A DNA stretch of 64,000 nucleotides from Schmidtea polychroa (taxonomy: Eukaryota): the NCBI GenBank assembly GCA_044892525.1, contig CM097888.1:37758001-37822000 (forward strand), written 5' to 3'. A model generated the notes under the pieces. The model made no database searches. It had not been told where the DNA came from and was given only the letters and a program-made list of their open reading frames with translations. The translations under genes and the position numbers were made by a program. Shown piece by piece: positions 38,400-47,844 of this stretch (positions within the stretch are counted from its first letter, which is position 1; every line of letters begins with the position of its first letter).

Positions 38400-39370
38400 T
38401 AACGCACAGTCTTCCTACGGTCACTAATAGTGACTCACTATCAAGTATCATTTGGTTAATTGTGGAAATCCTAAAGGGGAAGATTAGTCGGGACTGTATA
38501 AATGTTTTATATGCATATATTTTCTGTGCAGGATGTAGGTCGGATTCGAAAGGTTTTGTTGCGTCTCTTATTGCCTTATTTAATATGTTGTCGATATTGT
38601 AAATCCCTTTTTCGTGTAAGTTACTGCCTAAATATCTATAAAGGTTATTCTCATCAACTATAGGTATTTTTCATTGTATATTGTTAGTATTTTGTTATTA
38701 TTTTTTTATTTAGTCTAAAGTATCCACATTTACTTGGGCAAAATACTAGTCCTGCTATTTCTGTATGCTTTATTATGTCGCTTAGCATGTTTTCTATGTC
38801 TTGTCTAGAATTTTATAGAAGTACAATGTTATCAGCGTAGGCAATAATACTGAAATTACATCCGTTAATTATAAATGGACGTTTGCTTAATATGTCTTTA
38901 ATTAAAAAATCAATTGTCAGTCAAAATATGGTCGGGACATGGGGCATACATTATTTATTTTTATGCTATCTGTTTTGTTTCCTTTTTTTCATTTTTTCCG
39001 TCGCATTCATTGTATATAGTTTGTATGAGTTCTAATGTGTTTTTGTGAATGCCTATTTTGTGTTATGTATCCTATAGTAATTTAATCTTACCAAATGCGT
39101 CAGTTAGACCTAGCTAAATGATATATATATCTATTTTTGTTCTGATGGCTCTTTCTTCTACTAGTGTTAATAATGTGTTGTGTTCAGAGCAGCCATCAGG
39201 TGTACATATTGCTTTCTGGTTGTTGCTAAGTAAATTTCCTAGTCTTATCCATTTGAGGAGTCTATTGTTTATAATGACGGAAAAAATATGTATGATGTGT
39301 ATAGCATTGCTAGTGGTTTCTATGAAGATATCTCATGGGTAATTTCTTCCTTACTGGGTTTAACGATAAG
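38400..39370 (-). mobile_element. Non-LTR retrotransposon RT relic of the RLE (R2/NeSL/Utopia-like) group
   Basis: Ordered minus-strand motifs KPLAML, QKA...DGCSEHN, LTDAFG, CPMS, IIAYADNIVL, GLVFCPSKC, YRYLG and LHPAQKI...FIQSRLIF, with stops and frameshifts. Confidence 0.8.
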
Positions 39371-40266
39371 TTTTGTTTTGTATAATTCTGTTATGTATTT
39401 ATGTTGTATTTGAGTTTGCTTCGTGTATTACTTCTTGCTTTTGTTTGATTTTTCTTTAAATTTGGGGTTATTACTTTGGTATTATGTGGATTCAATTAAT
39501 TATGTTTATTTGGTGTTTTAACGTGTTTCTAATTTAGTTGGACTTACTACTATGTTTGCGTGTTATGTTACTACGCATTTCGTCACGTTACTTATGCATG
39601 GGACTAGAGTAAGTTTTTGCCCAATACATATCATTTTGTAGAAGTTTAATAATATAAAATATCAAAATACCATGTTGTTGGACACACATTTACAAGTGAA
39701 AAAAATTATATATGGTTAAAATCTGTCAAGCAGATCATTTGAAAATTATTAAAAATTGAAGGCAATAGATAAAAGTTTTTAGTTCTATCAGTAGTAAAAA
39801 TAAAGAAATTGAAAAAAATATAAATTTTGCAATATTATATAAAGTGCAAGTTGACATTAATAAATTGGAGTGCGAAAGATTTCCTTTTAAACGAGTTTTA
39901 GATCGGTTGAATTTAAAGAAAAATCTCCCTTGTTCAATTAATATAATTGAATCACAAATGTAATAGTTGCTATAATATTAGTAATATTTCATCATGAAAC
40001 TGAGTAATGTAATTTAGTTATAAGATATTTTTAAAAAAAATTATGTATGACCTTAACTTGTTTAACTCAAGTAATTAAGTATATTAAAAATGCTACACAT
40101 TTCATTCGGAAATAATATCATTGTCACTTTAGCATTGGTTAAGAAGTAATCAATTTATTTTATCTGACTATTTTATTCTTGAAATATTTTGAATTTACTA
40201 ATGAAAATCTGTTAAATAATTAATAAATATTATAAATTGAAGTATTAAATCGCAGTTCTTATAATT

Positions 40267-43200
40267 ATGGTAAATTTATTGGATGAATCTCCTATAAATC
40301 AAGCAATTGATGCCGTTGTTAAACTTGCTAAAAATATTATAAATGATGAGAACTCCGAATCAAAAAGAAAAGTTGAAAGAGATTTTAAATCTTGGGAATC
40401 ATCAGATTCAAAAGAAAATGACTTGTTTAATGATAAAATATTCCGGTAAATTTATTTCATTTATTTTCAAAAGTACTTATAATTTTGACGGGTGAATAGT
40501 TCAAAATCTTTATCAAAAATTCTATTATTGGCATCTAATATAAATCACTGTATATTACTTGTGTCATTATTAATCAGTCATATAAAGCGGTAAATATTTT
40601 ATTATCTAAATATGATTGGATGTTATTGGAAGCGTGCATCTGTATTTAACGGTTTGCAAAATTTAACATTCACATAAAATTTTCGTCAAAACTGAAGTAT
40701 ATCCTGCAACCTATTTAAAATTAAATTAATCACCTTTAAAAATCGTATTTACATATTATACAAAATGCTTCACAATTAGAGCTGTGATTATTTAAATTAA
40801 ATTATATTCGGTTCGAAATCTAGAATATAAAATTCTAACTCATTAAAATTTATGATTTATATATTATAAAATATTAATGATAGAAAGTAAAATCGGTCAT
40901 TTTGACTGGTCTGGTAGTTCTAGTATTAAAAGACATTTTTAAAATGGTTTCTAAAATGAAAAATGTCAATATATATTGACTCACGCAAATGGTTTACACC
41001 AGAAACCACTCAGATACGTTTCCAATAATATAAGAAAAAAATTAATAATCTTACATCATAGAAACATACATACTTACTTTCACTCTAATATTCTCATTGA
41101 TAGTGCAATAAGATACGCCTTACACTATCGAAATCTAAAATGTTGTAGAAAAATAAATACTGCACACAACCACAACACATTCTACAAAACACATGCAAAC
41201 TCTATATATAGAAATGCGCCGCTGAGATACGTTTATAATAACTTTATTTTAGACAATTTTGAAAATATAAAAGATTGTTGAAAATGTTTTTAAATGTATT
41301 TTTAAAGAAACTACGTTAAATTATCATGAGAATGACGAAATATCATTGTAAGAATTATTTGAGTTAAAATTAAGTTAAATATTCATTAGAATTTCTGATT
41401 TGTTTTAGAAATGTTTTAGAAAAATACATCGTTGTTGATTGAACTATCAATTGATTTAATTATTTAATTATTATTAAAAATATATCTGACTTACATTATA
41501 TCAAAATAATTATAAAATAATTATAAAATAAATTTCATAAAATTCCTAAAAAACTTGAAAATTAATTAAAACTAATTTATAATACAAATGTTGACTAAAA
41601 GTAATATTTAAGAACTTGAATAATGATCTCATATATGGATCAAAATTCAAACCTTAAAATTAAACATCTGATATGAAAGCTATTTCTAATGACAAATGAA
41701 ATTCATTAAATTGGTGAGTCACCCATTGTAGACCAATTGGTTTACGCACCAACCACCACTATAGAAAATGTTATTATTATTTTATATTATAGAGTATTTT
41801 TTATCAAATGCAACACGATGTACTAAAAAATACATGTAAACTTTCCATAAGTAGAAATAGTTCACGGCAAAAAAACTTTTCAAAAATTGTATTATTTAGG
41901 AAAATGACAGATTAAAATTAAGAATTCATAGACACTGCTGAACTCAATTTAAAAAATATGAGTTGTTGGAAAATTAAAGAAAAAACAGTAAATTATGGAG
42001 CAAAATTTCATTTTAAATGGTTATTGTAATGTATTGTATTATTTTATTTGTCGGTTGTTTTTGTTATATGTAAATTACAATCTCGCACGTCGATATCGTT
42101 AATGAAACAGTTTACGTATGAATTGTGTATTCTCGATCAAACTTTCAATTAATCCTTATCAAATAACCGGAACATTCGATCAAACTTTCACTTAATCCTT
42201 TCAGAATAACTTTCAGAAAAAAAAGAAAATAATAAAATAATATAGTATAACGAACCAATTAATTATTACAACTTTTATTAAATATAAAATTAACTAATTA
42301 AACAACCTGGTTATTATTTCTTTTTCATGGTTTCGAAAGTTCGAAACTCAAATAAATTTCACGGCACACCATTGTGCCGCGGCACACAGTTTGGACAACA
42401 CTGCACTAATGTCTAATTAAAATTAAATATTTCTCAAAACAAATTATATATTTTTTAATGTAATGAATACTATTTAAAATTCTATTTTTTTTCTTACTGA
42501 AAATATCGCAACGATATAATTAACATGAATGGAAAATGGAACAGAATGGAAAAAATTTATTTTTTTTTCAAAAAAAATGTGTTTTGAAAATTAGATTTTA
42601 AAAAATAAATTTACAAAAACAAACTAAGTGGAAAATCACTTTTCGATTTTAGGACCCATTTAGAGTGGCGCCCCTATGCCGAATTTTGTGCTTCAAAATA
42701 TTTGTTTAATATCCCTTTAAATTCTAGCAATTTTTATCAAATTATAGTCTAAACAATAGTTACAAGCAAATTCGATGTATTTAAATTTTGTATTTAACCT
42801 TAATCTTAATATTTTTTTTATTTTTTAGTGCTTGTTACATTGTTCACCTCTACAGCAGAAGAATCGGTTGCTTTTATAATTTATTGAATTCTTTTAAATT
42901 AAATGGAAATATTAATAATTATATTCGAACAGTAAATTATTAAAAATTTTTGAATTTAAATTCTTATTTATTAATTTTGCTAGTGCGAAAAAGTGACCAG
43001 TATTGGTTGCGGTGCAGCTCCAGAAATTTTGTCCTATTTACATTACGTTCGTTTTAAATTGAAATGTAATACTTTGAACTTGAAATTTATTGGGTACGAT
43101 TCAATCATAAATTGGGATACCTACATTGATGTAATGAAACAAAATCTTGACAAACGAACTACTTTCGAATTCAAAGTTTGTTTCTATATTTTAATTTTCA

Positions 43201-45395
43201 TGTAGATGTATGATGCAATTGCAATGGGAAATTAAATTACTTGACCTATATTCTATAATAAATAGTTAAAGAGTAAATTATTAAAAATTTTTGAATTTAA
43301 ATTCTTTTTTTAATTATAAGTAAACGGCAATCGTTCTTTTCACGCTATATTTCGACAGTTTTCCTGTTATCATCAGGTAGGATATAATAACTATTTAAAT
43401 TAAGGATATTAAACAAATTTATTAATTTTATTAATTATATAAAAATTTTTTTTTATTTAATAAAAACATTTCATTCTTTTTAAAATTTATAATTAAAATA
43501 ATATATTATTTTTAAAATTTTAGCATTTATAATTTAATTTAATAACTTAAAATTTGTTTAATTAATTATTTAATTTGACAAACACCAATCAATACGTACA
43601 ATATTCAAAAAAATATTTAAAAACATTTAAAACACAGGTATTCACTGCATTATGTACATTAATTTTCGGATTCAATGACTTTATCAACAACGCCTCACAA
43701 ATTACACGTTCCCAATAATTATCGAAATTTTAAAATCAGACATACCTATTTTACTCTTACAGCACTTATTGTGCTCACTAATATTGGTCAAAATCTTCGG
43801 TCTTTAATGCTCTCAGGCTCGAACACAGAGATGACGGGAAGTAACTCCAAATTACACCCATTATATGTAAACTGATAGACGAGATCGGAACATAATTCGA
43901 TCGGAGTTTTAGACTTATTAATGAACATATTGCGTACTTTCCATGAAGTTGACACTATCCCATAGTTGAAATTTCCTAACTACTTTCTTATCTTATTATC
44001 TTATTCTTATTTTATATGCCTAGAGATTGATCATTAATAAATATTCATAGCCAGTGTTCTTATAAAACAAAGTCTCTTATTCATTCACATATTGTGTAAT
44101 ACAGGTCAATGTAGGAAAATTAATTATTACTAATAGATAAATGCTCAATTTCAGGATTCTGTATTCGATAAGTTCGAAGATGAGAATAAAGGAAGTGACT
44201 ACAAAAATTAGTAATTTTTTAGTCAAAATATTTTAAATTTTGATGGAAATGTAGCAATTTTTATAATAACTATTGAATAAAACCTAAGAAAATATAAAAT
44301 TTTATTTCAACCAAATGTTTGCATTTTCAGTCAAATAAAATGAATAAATTTAATTCACTTTTCACAAATTCTAAATAAATAACAAATTTCTGAAAATCTG
44401 ATTTTCAAATTCACACGGTCTTTTGAGCTCTTTAGTTCGTTAGTTATCTTAGGGAATTTTCTCTTTTATTCGGGTTTTTATTTTCACTACGTAAACTACA
44501 TTGTCCAATAAATTTGTACTTTTAATTCAACAATTTTGAAAAAATGACTTTCATTTTTCTATCTAATGATGATTAAATGGATTTATAAAATTTTAATTAA
44601 ATTATGTTTTTAAATCTGCACCTTCTAAGAATCCCTTTTCAATTTGAAAATATTTTTATACATTTATTTTTTTGTTTCCAATTTATTCCAGTTTATACTA
44701 TAAAATATGGTTAAAATTCAGTCTGTAATCCAATTAATTACTTTTTGATTAATATAAAGTGATGATTTCTTGGTAACAGCATTAATTAAATTTTAAACAA
44801 TTAAATGATAATTTTCGGCTATACGATATGAAATTGACAAGGATTATATATTATTTGCATCAAAAGGTTTAAATTATCATTTAATTGTTTATTACTTTTT
44901 GATTAATTCGATTAAATCTTTTGATTAAACTGAAAAACATTTGAAAAAAGCATTGCCAAAAATTTGTTACAAAGGGAAAATAAGTTTATAGTAATGAAAA
45001 TAAATTTATAAATTAAATGAATTTCTTTATGATTTTATGTATTTAATAACAAATTTTATTATGTAATAATGACAGAAATTCAAATTTAATAGCATTCTTA
45101 AATTTTATTAATCATTTAATTACAAAAATATTTTCATTTTCATTTGTAGAATGAAACTGTTAATATCACTACTCTTCGGAATATGAGAAAAGGAGGGGTT
45201 TGTTTAATGTCATTCTTTCACTTCAAAGATTTTCCTAACATTTGGAAACTTTTGAAAAGTCATTTTGAATTGGTTATAGTTCTTGATGTCAAAAGTGCAA
45301 ACTTTCGGTCCGTAATGCGGGGACGCGGTTATTCAATTATTAATTTTAAAGATGGGATTCAAGAGAAATATTTCTATTATTTCTATCGGTTTTAG
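40267..45395 (+). CDS. Predicted multi-exon class-I SAM-dependent methyltransferase-like gene (copy A; one junction unresolved, possibly a pseudogene)
   Basis: GT-AG, phase-compatible exons 40267-40445, 42829-42931 and 42984-43175, then probably about 43206-43264, 43321-43376 and 45150-45395. Motifs VTSIGCGAAPE (motif I), FIGYD...W (II) and MRKGGVCLM (VI-like). Confidence 0.65.
40997..41772 (-). mobile_element. Second, inverted copy of the TA-flanked TIR element at 14542-17350 (no Tigger; one end lost)
   Basis: Starts TA|CACCAGAAACCACTCAGATACG. Its reverse complement aligns to 14560-14903 joined to 16814-17350. Confidence 0.75.
42355..42403 (-). mobile_element. Solo terminus of a Buster/Charlie-type hAT element
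   Basis: Reverse complement CAGTGTTGTCCAAACTGTGTGCCGCGGCACAATGGTGTGCCG is a typical Buster end; no partner end was found. Confidence 0.5.
43435..43726 (-). repeat. Dispersed repeat, inverted homolog of about 29690-29975
   Basis: Shares GGATTCAATGACTTTATCAACAACGCCTCACAAAT, the spacer and the adjoining AT-rich tract. Confidence 0.85.
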
Positions 45396-45991
45396 TTAAT
45401 ATCTTTTATATAACTTATTCTTTTTAACATTCAAATTGAACTTCTCTACATTCAAATGAATAATAAACTGTAATGTGACTTTATATTGCAATTTGGATTT
45501 TAGTAGAATTTTTATTATAAATATAAAATTCAATTTTTTTAGAGAGCGTAATAAATCATTAAATTTAACATATTTCACTCTACATAGTGCCAGTGACTAC
45601 CCTGGAAATAAATAAACCTTAGTTTCACGTACCCCATCTGAAATTGTATTTAATTTTAAAATATAAAAATTTCCACATTTGCAAATAATAGTTTAGATCA
45701 ATGGTCTTCAAAAGTTCGGGTTTGCAATAACTGGTTTGACGGTAGTGTGTAATTACTAGGTAGAATTAATAAAAAAAATTGTTATATGTTTATCATGGTA
45801 GTGTAGATTTGGTGGCCACTTGCATCCCATATTTTGCCTTAATAGTTTTTACTTTTAAAGCCACCACTCACTGGCTTATCCTTCTGGTTTGGAAACCATA
45901 ATTATTAATTTTCCCTCTATTTTGTAATAAATTCATAATTGTGTCGAGAACATTTTTGTACCGGTAAACCAGATTTTGATTAATTTTTAAT

Positions 45992-47100
45992 TTATACTGG
46001 CACGTTGACGTCAGTCCCTAGAGGGTCTGGATTGATAATAATAATGGATACAATTTTACCTTAACGATCATTGACTTGTATACAAAATATGCATCGGTAA
46101 TACGGCTGTAATTATTAGAAATGATTTTGAAGACTTGTTTGAGAATTCATTGAATTTTCATTCTCCACCAAAAAAGCGTTATACTGATAATGTCTAAGAA
46201 TTTTATAACAAAATATTCAAAGAGTTTTTTGATAATAATGAAATTGAAATTTACTCAACCTGATGAATGAAGTCAAGGTCCTTGACATATTCCTTTTATA
46301 GAGCGATTTAATAGAACATTGAAAAGATGATGTATAAAACATAAAATGAAATCGAGCGAAGGCAAGGCCCTATTGTTAAGTCGATTGAAAGAGCTAATAA
46401 AACTCAATGTCAGCGGAAAATTGCCTGATAACTCAATACCAATATTATTAACCCTACACTGCACAAATTTTTATTTTTAGTTATCAATTATGTAAGTATA
46501 TGTAAATTTATGCAAGGAATACGGGAAAAGGAATTTTAAAAATCCAATTTAGCTTTGGGGCACGGCTTCCTCTGATGAAAAAACGACTTATTTTTGATTT
46601 TGAATGTAATACGTATTTAACAATGTGTAAATTTGAAGTTATAACAAGAAAAAAATATATGCGTCACTGTTTAGTATAGGGTTATAGACTGATTTTATAA
46701 AAATTTATAATATAACCTTATAGATAACAAAAGATGATGAAGGTAATTGTACTTAAGCAATATATTACCTGCTAAAGATTATAGTGTTAAAACATATGAA
46801 CTTACTTCGGGTTTAAAGTTAAAATAGAAGGTAAAGGAGATACAATTTCAGGTGCAGATATTAAAAAAATATTTGGAAATAGCCAAAGCTAGCACTGTGA
46901 AGTATATACGAGAGTTAAAAGTAATTCATGTTGCTCCAGCTGTGAAAGAAGTAAATCAAAGACAAGGTCTTAGTGAGTTAGACGAAAAGACAACGCGTGG
47001 ATTATGAAACATCACGCACTTTTTACCTGATAATCCAATTGAACTTTTTATTGAATTGTTGAAGCTGCTAAGGGCATCGAACAATTTGAATGGGGAATTT
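45992..47100 (+). mobile_element. Polinton/Maverick-type retroviral-like integrase relic
   Basis: WHVD, NNGYNFTLTIIDLYTKYA, PKKRYTD..EFYNKIFKEFF..NEIEIYST and IERFNRTLK in order (45992-46330). LPDNPIEL at about 47023 resembles a Polinton ORF C-terminal motif (weaker). Confidence 0.7.
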
Positions 47101-47844
47101 TATTAAATAGCACTCTTCATTAAGTTGATATTTTTATTACATGGTTTATTGTATCTTTTTATCTAATGTATTTCTTGGATATAATAATAAACTTAAAAAA
47201 TTAAATAACAAAATATTAAATAATAATATTAAAAATATTGGTTTAAATAAAAATAATAAAAAAACAAAATAAATAAAATTAATAATCAAAGAATTTACTA
47301 AAAAAATATTAAATATTAAAATTATTAATAAACTTAATTAAATATAAATAAATCTTAAAAATTTCGACAAACTTTTATAAAAACAAAATGAACTTTAAAC
47401 TTTCGTTAATTACATATTAAACAAAATATTTTTAAATGCGCGCAAAAACCAATACACATTTGAAAAATTTTTTTTTTGAATAACATGGATTAAAAAAACC
47501 CAAAAAGTACTCATTTAAACCTTTCAAATTCCTACTAAAATGAACCTACAAATACACTTTACATATGATTCAATGTTGCTGTAGAATAAATCAAGTATAT
47601 GGGCACCAAATAATATTGGATTTTTTCATTTTGATATGATAATTATTTAATACAATTTTTAAAATAGAATGTTACAGTTTGAAAAATTTATTTTAATTTA
47701 CTCAAAATAATGACTTAAAACAAAATAATTATAAAAGTAATGAAATATAAATATAATATTCTCACCAAAATGAAAAATACGAATGATAACGCATAATAAT
47801 AATTCAAAGGTCAATAAGAAATAAAGTAAATGTTTCTTTTAAAA

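Noticed and set aside
45700-45900. Minus-strand KWPPN resembling the Tc1 WPP.SPDL motif
   Set aside because: Too decayed; the adjacent sequence is better explained by the plus-strand integrase.
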